DNA of 64,000 nucleotides. It comes from Vicugna vicugna. Lineage: Eukaryota. Positions within the stretch are counted from its first letter, which is position 1, and every line of letters begins with the position of its first letter. The stretch spans positions 876,523 to 940,522 of the forward strand of contig MU058815.1 of NCBI GenBank assembly GCA_013265495.1. Reading direction: 5' to 3'. The position numbers and the translations under genes are program-made. The notes under the pieces were generated by a model. That model saw nothing but the letters and a program-made list of their open reading frames with translations. It was not told where the DNA came from and ran no database searches. Positions 13,701-26,456 of the stretch are shown piece after piece.

Positions 13701-14919
13701 TGGGGGCCCTGTTAGGAGCCAGCCTCCTGGGACACCGCCAACCTGGAGCCTACACGTGCCCGGCCGTTTCCTCACTCGGTAGCCTCAGAGCATCGCATCT
13801 TCAGCTGCCCCGGTGGGATCATGGGAGGCTTTCCATCCCCTGGCTTCCTGGCTTCTCATCTGCCCCGCACTAGGTGCCCTGTCCCCTTCCCAGGAGGGGC
13901 TGCCTGCCATGATTCAGCAGTGGCTTCAAAGGTCACCATCAGTGGGTCTGGCCCTGCCAGGGGGATCCTCTTCTCCTCTTGCTTGCAGGCAGCTTCACCC
14001 CGCAAGGAACTGGCCCCAGCACGTTAGCCTCCCTGCCAAGAACAAACCATTTCTGTGCACATCCTTGGAGAGGTGAGCTCCTTGCTGAGGCCAGAGCGGG
14101 CGCAAGCCGTGGAGTCGGGGCGGAAGGAGTCCGTGGTTCCCCCAGGACCTGGAGGCTATCGGTGCCCTTCATCCTGCCTCCTCGCATTGGTTTAGGTTCT
14201 GAGCAAGTCCTCGAGCCGCCCCCCCCCGGCTGAGTGGGGCCACACAGGCTACCGCCTCAGCCCTGGTTGTCTCAGTTCCTTTTAGACTCCTCATCAGACG
14301 GCACTCTGCCTGTGGCAGGACTTCCAGTGTCTGGTACCCGTGCAGTGACGCCAGCAGCATCCTTGAGGACCTGAGCCCAGTGGGGGAGGGAGAGGGGCTC
14401 AGGCCTGTGTGCATGGAGGGCGGTGTGTGCGGATGTGTGTGCACGCGTGCATGCCTTTATTTCTTTTTGCCTTGGGGACAGTTGAATTCAGGGCATTTTT
14501 CTATAAGAAACAGCCTTCTCTTCCCCCAGCAAGGACTGGCTGTAACCTTAAGTCCGTCAAAGGCACTTCCAGCCTGGAGAGAACCTCACCAAGACAGCCA
14601 GGGTGGGGTGTGGGCATGAGAATACACACCCCTCCAGATTCAACCTGAGCCCTCGCAGGAGAGGATGGAGGGGTTGCCAGCTGATGCCCCACCCCACCCT
14701 GCCGTGTCGTTTCTTTTTATCCTTCGGTGAATACTGGAGCAGCGAATGCTGCCGCCTCCACCTGGACGGTGGTGTGTAGCAAGCAAGCTGGGTGGTGGTT
14801 TGTGGTGGGGTCTCGTGGGGCCTGGGAGGAGATGAAGATGAAGAGATTTTTCCTTACTGTATAAATGAATATTTCTATGACTGAAATAACACACACCAAA
14901 AAAAACCCAAAAAACAAAA
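10773..14919 (+). pseudogene. ILRUN: Near full-length processed pseudogene of ILRUN (C6orf106): GC-rich 5' UTR, decayed CDS 11161-11950, ~2.9-kb 3' UTR and poly(A) remnant
   Basis: Intronless translation matches ILRUN: EGVDVDLDPGLMQKFSCLGTTDKDVLI, TWRIQNSGAEAWPPGVCLKYVGG, GDVIWVILSVEVGGLLGVTQ, DENNLKDPGGS, GLHGP..QS*. Start codon ATG->GCG at 11161, premature TAG at 11305-11307, frameshifts and internal deletions. A-rich tail at 14898-14922. Candidate TSD aaacagacg (10764-10772) / aaacagatg (14920-14928). Confidence 0.96.
10811..11002. other. Assembly gap (192 N) inside the GC-rich 5' UTR of the ILRUN retrocopy
   Basis: Run of N flanked by G-rich sequence. Confidence 0.99.
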
Positions 14920-16200
14920 AAACAGATGGCTAAGTAGGAGGCTCCAGTTACTCCTCTCTCCATGGAAACAACAAATAAACAACTAGACGTGACCTGGCTA
15001 CAATAACTTCACCAGGAGCTCTGGAAACTGCAGATCTATAGCAAGCAAACAGACGTTCGATTTTTTAAAATCCACAAAAAAATAGGAAATTTGGAGGCAT
15101 TTTTACTTGCTCCTGTTACATCACCTCCCAGCCCAGTGAGACATGGTCTGGGGAAACTGATGGCCGGATCTCCACCTCCTTCTTCAAACCAGAGAGATGA
15201 TAACAGACCAGACTCTCAATGATCTAACTCATCTTAGGATTGCCTGAGGAACTGGTCTTTGTGTCACCTAACTTAGAGCTCAGATGGCCAGAAGTGGCAC
15301 AGCTCAGACTTTAGGTTAGGAAAAGCTGTGGGAAGCAACAGGCATGGCTCATGGAAGCCACTAGAGGACCGTGGCTCACAGTCACCTGGGGAAAGAGATA
15401 GTAACAGAGAAATACCATTGAACCACGAAGGCTTCAAGAAGAGTTGATGTGAGACCCAGAGAAGTTAGGACATTTAAAAGCGTCCATGTGTACAGGGGAC
15501 CTGGGAACAAGCAGAGGCCCAGGATGAATCCATGGCTGGGAAAGGCCTAAAGAGACCTTAAACCTTCATGCCAGCTCGATCCCAAGGCTCAGAGCATACC
15601 GTGCTAATTAGTTAAGATCCTCCCCTGCACAGAGTCAGTCTGTGAACACTTGTCTGTTTTGATTCAAGGGATTCGAGGAAATCTCGGTCAAAACATTAGC
15701 TGGCCACCAGCTAAAGAACAGGAGATTTCAGGGATCAGTCGTGACAAAGAATACCGTGTACAAAACAGAAAAGTCACTACAAAAGCAAACAACTGGAACC
15801 CAGAACAAGCAACAGACCAGTCCCTGGAGAGACGGGAAATACGATTTCCAGAGTTACTACATTATAGTATTCAAAATGTTCAGTTCCCAAAAGAAAGTAT
15901 AAAGCGTTCAAATGAACAAGACATTATGGCCCATTCTCAGGGAGAATTGCCAGGAACTGTGCCTGAGGAACAGAGACATTGAACTTACTAGGCTTTTAGT
16001 AAATTGTGTTAAACAAGCTCAAAGAGCTAAAGAAAACCATAGCCACACACACACACAAAAAAAACTAAAGAAAATCAGCAGAATGTCTCAATAAATAAAT
16101 ATAAATAAAAACAAATTATTAATAAAAAAACAAACATCTGCGGCTGCTTGATTTTCAACAAGGGCAGGAAGGCCATTCGGGGAGGAAAACGTAGACTGTT
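14920..16200 (+). mobile_element. Old L1M-type 5' UTR / start of ORF1
   Basis: 'agatggctaagtaggaggctcc' resembles an L1 5' start. 'gaactgtgcctgaggaacagagacattgaacttacta...ctcaaagagctaaagaaaacc' resembles the N-terminal region of old L1 ORF1. Confidence 0.65.
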
Positions 16201-16204
16201 AAAT

Positions 16205-16638
16205 TAATGCCATTTGCAGCAACATGGATGGATCTGGAGATCGTCATTCTAAATGAAGTAAGCCAGAAAGAAAGAAAAATACCATACAATATCACTCATA
16301 CGTGGGATCTAAAAAAAAAGAAGACACTAATGAACTTATCTACAAAAGAGAAACAGACTCACATAGAAAACAAACTATGGTTACAGGGGGAAGGGGGCTG
16401 GAAGGGATAAATTGGGAGTTTGAGATTTGCAGATATTAGCTACTATATACAAAATAGATGAACAAGTTTCTTCTGTATAGCACAGAGAACTATATTCAAT
16501 ATCTTTTAGTAATCTATAATGAAAAAGAATACAAAAATGAACATATGTATGTATATGTAGGACTGAAACATCACGCTGTACACCAGAAATTGACACATTG
16601 CAAACTGACTATACTTCAATTAAACAACAACAACAAAA
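16205..16638 (+). mobile_element. Young 5'-truncated L1 3' end with A-rich tail
   Basis: MPFAATWMDLEIVILNEVSQKE (ORF2 end), then 3' UTR ending 'ctgactatacttcaattaaacaacaacaacaaaaa'. Confidence 0.92.
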
Positions 16639-16639
16639 A

Positions 16640-16915
16640 GCAATTCATGAATCAGGCAGCATCCAACGTAGCAGATAGAAAGGAACTCCAAGGAGCTGTA
16701 CGAAATGGAAGACTTTTCTAGGCAGAATGGAGCAAGAGCAAGCACATTACACAAGACACAACAAACAGACGGAGTGTCGCGAAGTTACTTTCCTGTAGGG
16801 GGCGGCTGATTATATAGCAGACTAACTAGTGCTGAGCGGGTGATTCTGGATCGACTGGTTTAAGATCTCATTTCTGGGAGAGTTGAAACTGTAATTACGT
16901 GAAATGGGATTTCAT
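16640..16915 (-). mobile_element. ERV1-like LTR fragment
   Basis: 'caattcatgaatcaggcagcatcc...gaaaggaactcc...' resembles antisense ERV1 LTR sequence. Termini not resolved. Confidence 0.45.
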
Positions 16916-16916
16916 A

Positions 16917-16917
<1 letters not shown>

Positions 16918-16946
<29 letters not shown>
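16918..16946. repeat. (TG)14 microsatellite
   Basis: Read directly. Confidence 0.95.
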
Positions 16947-16948
<2 letters not shown>

Positions 16949-19869
16949 GTAGGAGGAGGCTAACTCCTCCTACTTTTTAGATCTGTGTCATGGAAAGAGG
17001 ACTCTGTCTTCAGTCTGGAGAAAATAAAAGAGAGGGTTCAATTGATACGAGGAATCCAAGTAGCCAGATAAGAGGCAGAGTAACTCCAGCTGACTCTGGA
17101 ACGGCAGCGGCGGGTGTGCACACACAATGAATTAACTTGAGATCCTGGAAGGGGTGGACTGAGGTGTGACAAAGATTCACGTTAGGTGCTGAATGTGACA
17201 ATGAACCTGCAGTCCTGTACCAGCAGATAAGAAACCAATAACCACCTAAGATTTGGGTTAGCTTGGCAGGTGATTCTTTGATACTCAAGGTGGTTCTGCA
17301 GGAATTTGGACAGTGCAAAACGACGTTTACATTATCCGGATTGCCATCAAAGTTGAATAAATTCTATCCAATTTTTCTTTTGTCACAGATGAACTTTTCA
17401 AGATTTCCTCTGCTGGAAACTCCTCTTCCGGAAGTGAAGTGACTGCTGTTCAGTGAGTCATTGCTAACGATATGACCTCAGCTTCAAATACTTAGTTATT
17501 CACATAACTTGAAAAGAGATGCTTGTGATAACCTGGATTCCTGTTCCCTGTTACTATATACTTTGGCAGCTCACAGCCCCTCTGTGCACCTGCACCTCTG
17601 TCCATCCTGGGGAATAAGTCATCGATAGAGTTTGCTAAAGCCACAACAGTTATTTTTACAGCCTTTGATTCTACGTTGTCCAGTGTCTTCCTAGCAGATG
17701 TTCCATTAGAACGGTCACTTTTTAAACATATGAGAGATATACAAATATGTTTGCAGGGTTGAATCAACAATGCTTCAGTAAAAAATGAACCCATGATTTA
17801 TTTCCAACACTAGGGAGTTGTCAACAGTATTAATGTCTGTAAATCAATAGATGAACACAGAAGATTCGGAGCAAGCCTGGTGATGCAGATGGCAGTGTAA
17901 TGGGGTCCATCCTTCATCAACATAACCAAACACCTCCCATCCCTAATGCCTTTTCCCTTGGGATGGTGAGTTTCGGAATGACATGTGTATAAGTGAATCT
18001 TCTACTTAACAGCTGCTGAGGGATGAGTGTTGACAGTAAATAGCCAGATGGTTACTAGACGGATCTCTTGCATGATTCAAGTAGAAGGACAACTCTATGT
18101 AGAGGTGACAAGACATAGCCAGACTTTCCGTGTAAGTTTTAGAAAATTAGAGTAGACCAAGGGGTTTACACACAACATAAATGAAGACCCCCACACTGGT
18201 TGGCCTAACACATCAACGAGGGAAATCCAAGCCAATGAACAATTAGAAGTTGTGTGGACAGGAACTGAAAAAAACCAAGCAGGTGCCTTTGGAAAAGCTT
18301 TGGGGGGCAGTCTAGCCATATTGCTGGGGAAAGGCTGAGGGCTCAGGGCCAGCCAGTGCGTCCAGGAGCGTCACAGGCTGTGACTTGACCCTCACCCCCA
18401 GGGCCTCAATCAACAACGGGAGAGAACAAACTTGAAGTGACCAGGGGAGGTTTTTTGGTTTTTTTTTTTGTTTTGTTTTTTTTTGCCTAAATTGCAAACC
18501 AGCGTCAAAGGGACACTGCTGAGATCATAGTGTCTGTTTCCATCTGCCATCTAAGAGGAAGGGGTGGGCCCAATTTGTAAGAGATGACAAACCTGCACGC
18601 CCCCACCCAGAGTTTTCCATCTGTGGAATCTACATTACAATCAATTCAAGGAGGGATTTCCCCCAGTCTCAGCTCCAGCCTCCTGAAAGAGAATCTCCAG
18701 TGGAAGAGAGCCTGTGAGTCTATTTGATTCTCATGCCTCCTGTGTTTAAAGAACCATAAGATTTATTTGGAATCTTGGAAGACAAGATTGGAGAGATTTT
18801 TTTGACTCTTGGAAGGCAAAATTTGGAAGACAAAGATAGTTATATGAACAAATTTCTTACCTTAAAAAGTAATTTTCCAAGAGTTACTTATCCAAATGGG
18901 TTGCATATTAGTCACTACAAGGAATTTAACAGGTGTTCACAGCACACGAAATTCCCAATGCTCAGAAGCGAAATCCAGAGGTGATGAAGATGAGGATGGT
19001 ACCGGCACCAGCAACCATATGCTTTTATGCGAAGAAGTTAAAGCAAAGCTTAGGGAAATGAAAACCAGAGAGAGAGACGCAGAGAGCAAACGAAGAGAAA
19101 ATCCAGCGTTATAGTTTCGTGTGTATGAGAGTAATAAACTCGACTGCCACTCAGAGTAAAAGAAAAGAGTAAAACATTTTAACTTGACAAACTGAAGGAA
19201 TCATAGAGCATCCATTTAAGAGTTACCCAAACTAGGAAATGGGTGACGTATATTTAAGGAAAAGCTCACAAAGCACCAATTTCTTTCCAGTTGAATACTT
19301 AGTTGTAACTAAATCCAGTGCGTATGCATGATGAATCATCATGCTGTAAGATACAAAGCTTTCTAAAATCATTTTACTTCATAAAATATTTACAACCTCA
19401 AACATTTATCTAGAGACAGCATAAAGAAGAACAAATATGATAAATGATGAAAACATAACCGGCTTTTTTACAGGAAGTTAGACAATTATGAAATATATGA
19501 ACACTATTCTATGCCATTGATTAAACACCAAAAGCTTTAAACATTCTGAAAAAAAATAAAAAGTTAAAATAAGTGTAACTTTGTACCAGAGAAAGAGAGA
19601 TAGTGCTTGATAGGAAACTTTTTTCAACTTAAGAAAAATATTCTGAGCCACATTTCATTCTTAAATGTGCTATTTATATCTTAGTGCAAGTTTCTGGTGA
19701 AACCAATGGGTTTTTCTCTTTTTCCTCCAGTAATAAACTATCATTTATCATTCTAAAGTAAAATAGAATGGAAATGCATAATTCTTAAAATGTACAATAG
19801 TTTGATAGATTTAATAGTGGAGATTCTGAATATGTATACATAATCATTAAAGTCTTCTTTTAGGACTGT

Positions 19870-21320
19870 GATGATATTCCATACTTTTTCTTAGCCTGGT
19901 TAAAGGCTTATGGATTTTATTTATCTTGTCAAAGAACCAGCTTTTTAGTTTTGTTGATTTTTCTCTATTGATTTCCTGTTTTCATTTTCATTGATTCCTG
20001 CTCCAAGTTTTACTGTTTTTTCTCCTGCCGACTTTAGATTTCATTTATTTTTTCTTTTTCTGATTTTCTAAGGTAGAAGCTGAATTACTGATTTTTAGAT
20101 CTTTCTTTTATTACGATACACACTTGCAATTCTATAAATTTCCATCGAAGCACTTCTTTTGCTGCATCCCACAGGATTTGATGTTTCCATTTTCATTTTG
20201 TTTAGAATATTTTAAAATTTCTCTTGCGATTTCTCATTTGATGTGTGAGTTCTTTAGAAATACGTTGTTTAATTTCCACAAATGTTGAGATTTTTCTGGC
20301 TATCTTTCTATTGTTGATTTTTAGTTTAATTCCATTGTGGTCTGAAAGCAGACCTTGCATGATTTCTACTTCTTCTTCTTTTTTTTTTTTTAATTGAAGT
20401 ACAGTCAGTTTTCATGTGTCAGTTTCTGGTGTACAGAACAATGTCCCAGTCACGCATATACATTCATATATTCGTTCTCATATTGTTTTCCACTAAAGGT
20501 TATTATAAGATACTGAATATAGTTCCCTGTGCTATATCTACTTCTTAAAATATATTAATGTGTGGTTTTTTGGCCCAGAATGTGGTCTATCTTGGTGAAC
20601 GTTACATGTGAGCTTGGGGAGAATGTGTATTCTGCTGTCATTGAATGAAGCGGTCCGTAGATGTCCACTATTTCCAGCTGATGGATGGGGATACTAGTTC
20701 ACCTCTGTCCTGACTGACTTTCTGCCTGCGGAATCTGTCCATTTCTGATAGATGAGGGTTGAAGTCACTGACTATGAGAGTGGATTTATATCTACTTCTC
20801 GTTGTAGTTCTATCAGATTTTGCTTTGCATGTTTTGATGCTGTCAGACACACTTTACCATTACGTAAGTGACCTTCTATAGTCCTGATAATTTTCTTTGC
20901 TCTGAAGTCACTCTGCCTGCAGTAATATAGTGACCCCCGCTTTCATTTGATTCGTGTTAGCGTGGTATATCTTTTCTTGTCTCTTTGCTTTTAATTTGTT
21001 TGTGCTTTTACATTTTAAAAAGTGGCGTTTTGTAGACATCATATAGTTGTGTATTGTTTTTTGATCCACTTGGAGTCTTTTAATTGGCAGTGCCTTTTAA
21101 TTGGTTTATTTAGACTACTGACGTTCAAAGTGACAATTGATATTGTTGGCTTCACACCTACATACTTGTTAAGCTGTTTTCTGTTTGTTGTCCTTGTTTT
21201 TTGTTCTTGTCTTTGTCTTCTACCCTTTTTCTGCCTTTTGTGGCTTTACTTGAACATTTAATACGATTCTATCTCTCTCCTTTGTAGGCGTATCAATTAG
21301 ACTTCTGTCTTCTCTTTTTT
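19870..21320 (-). mobile_element. Old L1 ORF2 fragment (endonuclease region)
   Basis: Minus ORF 20668-20850 includes STLIVSDFNPHLSEMDR (L1 EN motif 'TIIVGDFNTPLS.MDR'). Also antisense motifs 'ttgtcaaagaaccagcttttt' and 'ttaattccattgtggtctga'. Confidence 0.88.
20375..20536 (-). mobile_element. Very short young L1 3' end nested in the older L1, with perfect 10-bp TSD
   Basis: Poly(T), then 'aattgaagtacagtcag'. TSD tctacttctt at 20365-20374 and 20537-20546, followed by aaaa (L1 endonuclease-type site). Confidence 0.92.
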
Positions 21321-24049
21321 CTATGAATGGACTTCTATTATTTAATCATTTTTCTCAGCTCAGTTATATTTGTGCCTCTTATGGTAAAACCACGCTAGAT
21401 CTCTTTTGGAATTAAGTAGGCATAAACAATAAACATATAGGCAAAATCAGGCTAATAGACCAATGGTACATAAGAAAACGAATACTCAGATTTTTAATTT
21501 TGAAAGAAATAAGATGAAAAAAAAGCTTTGAAACTAAAAGCACATTTAAAAATACAAATATTTGTGACCTCACAATTGTATCTTGCTTTTATTTGATTTC
21601 TGCCATCCTGGAGTTTGAACGAGAGTCAAGGAAAGAGGGGGACCAGGGAGGGGTATTTCCAAAGGCCAGAGAGAAGAGTGTCTGAATGTCTTTAAGTGTT
21701 CAGAGATGGCCAGAAAAATCAGTGTTGGAAACAGGCCCTGGGCTGGGCCATGGTGATGCATGCATGGGGAAAAGGGAGGCCACTCACAGGCCTGTGCAAG
21801 AATTTGATGTTGTTCCCATAGGGATAAGGTCTCCCATGTTAGAAATTTGGCTGGGGTTTCATTCTCTTTGAAGAAGCATGGAGAATGCATCATCTTTATT
21901 TTTAACCAGGTGCACAGGGGCATTCTACAGCAACATGTCATGGGTTTCCGGGTCCACCGGCAAAAAGAGCTGGAAGCAGTCACGTGTGGCCATACATGTC
22001 CAGCTGGGCGACCACAGAGGGGGCTGTGTCCCCAGAGCAACGTGTCACATCAATGCATCTAAATTCTCACAGGAGAAGAAAACACTGGGAGGGGAGGGAA
22101 GAACGATTGGAAAAAGATACCGTCAGAGAAGACCAAGGAAATGAGCTTCCTTCTTTTAAATAAAACCTTTTTCTTTTTAAATTTACAATCTGCCTAAAGA
22201 ATGATTTCTGATCCCTGGTGTGAAGACATGTGCCATGGTTACTGTTCCCACAGTAACTGTGCAAAATAATGTGCACATACAAAGTCCACAACATTCAATG
22301 ATACAATATGTACTGTAGGATGGACGGTGGTCAAATATTTGTAAGTCTTACAAGTGGATGCTTTTCTTCTGTGTGTGTCTTGTGTCACAGTCACACACAC
22401 CCCCACAGAGAAGTAAGACCGTATTATTTAGGCCTTTTCTCCTTCTCATCAATTTAGGAAATAGTTACAAAACACTAGATCTAATACCAAAGCAAAATTT
22501 GTGCAAGCATTTCTGATGAATAAAAGTATGCACATTTTTGAGTGACTTTTGAGACCTGATGGATGGAAGTAAGATCCACAGAAACGATCCTACTTGGTTG
22601 ATTATTTAATTATTTAACCAACTACGAAGCTTACGGAGTTTCTCTTTTAAGTTGGAATCCGTGTAGCAGGCATGAAGGTTTTGTGAAACAGAAGGAACAT
22701 TCCTATTTTACCTGAATTGCAAACTCGACAAACTGTCTCATCTTGAAAGAACTCAGCTGAATAAAGAATAATGTGAGACACTAAAAACATATGCATAAGG
22801 TCAGATGTAGCATATGCTGAGTGCAGAATTCAGCAGATAATTTCGGCATAAGAAATGTGATAGAATTCAAAGAGAAACACAGAAATATATTACTTTGACA
22901 TTTCCTGATAAAGTCCCAGGGAGTAGCGGCTGTATTTGGGTTTTGTGTTTCTACCAGGAGTAGATCCAAGTTCTCAATCTATGCATCAGAAGGAACAAAG
23001 GAGAAAAAAGAAGTATTAAGGACTTCTGGGTCAGTCTAGTGGAATGTAACGTTAAGTCTGATTCCTCACCAAATCCTTCTAGAAGGATGGTAAATGGATT
23101 TTCAGAAAGACATATACTTATGTAGATGTCCACACCAGGGAATGTTGCTCATAAGTTTGCGTTAGCTAAACTCAGAAGTGCCACGTCATTGCTTTTGCCT
23201 TTTTTCTCTTTGTCCAGCCCACACTGGAGGCGCGGGGGTTACATACACACCAGGAGGCAGAATCCTCAGAGGCTGTCCTAGGAGCTCCATCAGTCTCACT
23301 TTCCCGAGAGAGCGCCAACGTTAAGAAGAGACCGTCTTTGGTAAGAATTAAGTGAAGTCATCCTTGGAAATGAGAAATGTTAAATGTAGTTTTCAGACCT
23401 CTATCCGAGATGGAGACTGGAGAAAATAATAGAAAAATGCATTCATGCAAAAAATGAAGATGTTATGAAAGCCTTGCAGGATAGGTAGTTGTTATTCACC
23501 TGGCTGATTTCTCCCTCTCAGATCGGCGGACTGCCTTTCAGACTCCCAGACTCCTGGCCAGCTATTTTAAGAGTTAGAGATAAAAGCTCAAAATTTTTAC
23601 AAATTCTGCTTGGTCTCAGATTCACTTCACGTGTTGACATCGTTCAACTGTTTTTATTTGTCAGCCTCCTATCACAGCAGACATCATTGCACTAAGTTGA
23701 TGAGCTGGTTAATAGCCTTGCTTGTTACGTGTCGATTAATTGTAAGTGCTGTATTACCTACTATTTAAAGGGAAAAAAATTCTTTATGTTCCTAAGCATT
23801 AAGTAAAAATGTTCATTAATTCTGACTCTAGGAAAAAAAAGTCAGAGCTTTAGGGATAGATACATAAATAAATAAAATTATTTTATCTTCAACACAGTCA
23901 CTTCTGTTTTTATCAAATAGAACTAAATTTGACTTTGATTTATTTACCCTGGTCAATTCATTCAATGAGATTTTTATGTCATTTTGTTTTAGGGAAACAA
24001 CCTGTTTTTGTGAGAAAGAAATCATGTAGATTGAAAGTCTGCTGTATCA

Positions 24050-24219
24050 GGGGGAGGGTGTAGCTCCAGTGGTAGAGCGCATGCTTGGCACGCACAAGGT
24101 CCTGGGTTCCATCCCCAGGACCTCCTCTAAAAGGAAATAAATAAAAAAACCAAATTACCTCCCCCCCCAAAGAAAAAAACCTAAAAAAAAGAATTAAGTT
24201 TATTTTAAAAAAGAAAAAG
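24050..24219 (+). mobile_element. tRNA-derived SINE (camelid Vic-1-like)
   Basis: Head 'ggggagggtgtagctccagtggtagagcgc' with A box ~24061-24072 and B box ggttccatccc 24105-24115. A-rich tail. TSD aagtctgctgtatca (24035-24049) / aagtcagctttatca (24220-24234), 13/15 identical. Confidence 0.88.
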
Positions 24220-24787
24220 AAGTCAGCTTTATCATACAATTTGTGTCAATTCTGACCACATCTTAAAACCCTGAGTATATGTACATTTTTTTCAAATAAT
24301 CTGTACCTCACCTATAAGGCATTAATGTTAAAAATGTTCTGTAGTAAGTGTATTTCTTGCCTATATTTTAAGTAATATACTGCATAAATATTTATTTTAA
24401 TGTTTCTTACGAAGATGCTTTGGTTAAATGGATAGATAACAAGACTTAATTTTCTATACATATTTGTTTCTATATAAGACATAATTAAGACAGCTTTAAT
24501 GAGTCTCCTTTCTGTAAATAATCAACAGTGAAGTCAAATTTTTTAAAAGGTGGAAATGTGAATTTGCCTTTTGGAAGCAGCTTTCAAAAATAATTAGCAA
24601 CAAATTTTGGAAAGAGCACTGTGTGTGTGTGTGTGTACACATGTGAATGTGCATGTGTCTGGGTAGAGACAGACAGTGAGAGAAGCATAGAGAAATGTAC
24701 CACGTAATCCCCTGGCTTCATGCTGGGCGTCCATAGTTAGGCTGCTTAGGAGTGTTTAGAGGCACAGCCCTGAACTGAAGGTGGGAC

Positions 24788-25382
24788 TGTTAGAGCAGGC
24801 ACATCGCTAGCTATGAGCAGAGAAAGGGGGACGCAGGCCACATGAAGGAAACCATACATCATGTAAACAACGTGAGGGGGTCCCTGGGCAGACAAAGAAA
24901 AGCAGGAACTTCTGGACTGATAAGAAGTTACACACATTTTGGGGTGACAAGTGGCCTGGAGGGAGACAAAGATGGGAAAAGGCAGGACTCTCCAGTGTCT
25001 GAATGGAACCTTTTGCCCATGATGCCCTCATTACAATAAAAGTAGCCTTGCAGATTAGAAGTTCCCATCATGCACCGATTCCATGACACCTTCGATCCAA
25101 ACTAAACAAGGGCAAAAATCCCTCTTCCCTTTGGGAAGGTGGAGTTGGGATGAAAATCAGGGAATACGACCCCAAACCTTTCACTCCCCAATAAATGTTC
25201 TGCCCATTCATTTTTACACCTTATATAATCAACCTGCCAAAGAAACGCAGGGCAGCTGCTCACCTGAGTTGGCCTGCTCCCCCCTTGAGAGTGTACTGTC
25301 TATCCTTAGTAAATCCTTGCTTTACTTTCTTAACCCCTTGGCTTTTTTGAATTCAGAGACAAGAACCTAATCACTGGCAACA
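24788..25382 (+). mobile_element. Solo ERV LTR (595 bp)
   Basis: TGTT...AACA termini. Flanks ggac/agac (4-bp TSD, 1 mismatch). TATA-like 'ttatataa' at ~25222 and downstream agtaaa poly(A)-like signal. Confidence 0.8.
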
Positions 25383-25396
25383 AGACAACTGATGTA

Positions 25397-25426
25397 CACA
25401 CACACACACACATACACACACACACA
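25397..25426. repeat. Interrupted (CA)n microsatellite
   Basis: Read directly. Confidence 0.9.
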
Positions 25427-26456
25427 AGCCAGGTGTTCTTTCCTGCTCTAAGTCACTGGCTCTTCTCACATCTGAAACTCTTCTGAGATCAGCTAAGCAA
25501 ATAGCCAAGCTCACAGCCCTGGATCCCCTCGAACATAAATGGCTTAGTTCTGCCTTTCATCAGAGCGAGAACTGAAGATTCGCTCTTTCTCAGTTGTGAC
25601 TCTTCTGGCTTCTTCCTTGGAGAACCCACAAAGCCAGGAGATGGTGCTAAGCAAATGATGTGGGTTCCACAGTTATAATCAATGCCTTACAAAACAAATG
25701 ATGCTCCATTTTAAAGAATACCATGGGGCTTGCATGGATCTCTGCCAGATCTTACTCACCAAATCTGTATATAGCTTTAGGTGAAATTAACTAATTTATT
25801 AAACAGAATCAAGAAGAAGATGAAGTGGGATCATTATTTTATCAGGACTATGAGGTCTGTATACTTAGAAGAATTTTGAATGGAGCTGGGATTACTGAAT
25901 GACAGAGGAACGGTATTTTCCTTCTTCTTGTCATCAGTGAAGCACTTTGTGAAAAAAAAAAAGAGGGAGAAATTAGGCATGGAAGGTAAGGGAACGTTGA
26001 AAGAGAAATAGGAGGAGAATAGGCGAGGGGAGAGGGAAGAAAGTGACAGGAGCAGTGGAGTGGGGGGCGGTCAGCACCTGCGCACCAGACGGGGACCCCG
26101 AGAGGAGGCCAAAGCACTTCCTACCGCTCCTGGGCCCACCTGCCCAACTTAAGCACCGTGGGTGGGGGAGGGGCTGTGCAATGTAAATGCACAGCCTGCG
26201 CCGGTCGTGTACCCTGCGGCCTTAGTGTGCACCACGTGGGCTCCTTGTCAATGCCGGTGTGATCCTAATGTGAATGCAGCACCAAAGGTTTCTGCAGAAG
26301 TCACCAGGAGCGGCAGCAAGAAGGGCTATTTGTATTTAAAAAAAAACAACTTAATGCTCTGATCATTGACTTTTCTTTAGCACTTTCTGGAAAAATGCAC
26401 TAATTTTCTAACTGACTTTGAAATCAAAGAAAAAATTACAGTCACCACTGCAGAGG

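Noticed and set aside
12500..14960. Many overlapping ORFs on both strands
   Set aside because: Expected in GC-rich 3' UTR-derived sequence with few stop codons. No recognisable protein.
16947..16978. Rho-independent terminator
   Set aside because: Hairpin plus T run fits the shape, but the concept does not apply in mammalian DNA. Kept only as an inverted repeat.
17010..17794. Minus-strand 100-aa ORFs as ERV env or a host gene
   Set aside because: No recognisable motifs (no furin site, immunosuppressive domain or CX6CC), and the length is compatible with chance.
24050..24125. tRNA gene
   Set aside because: The tRNA-like head continues into a SINE body, A-rich tail and TSD.
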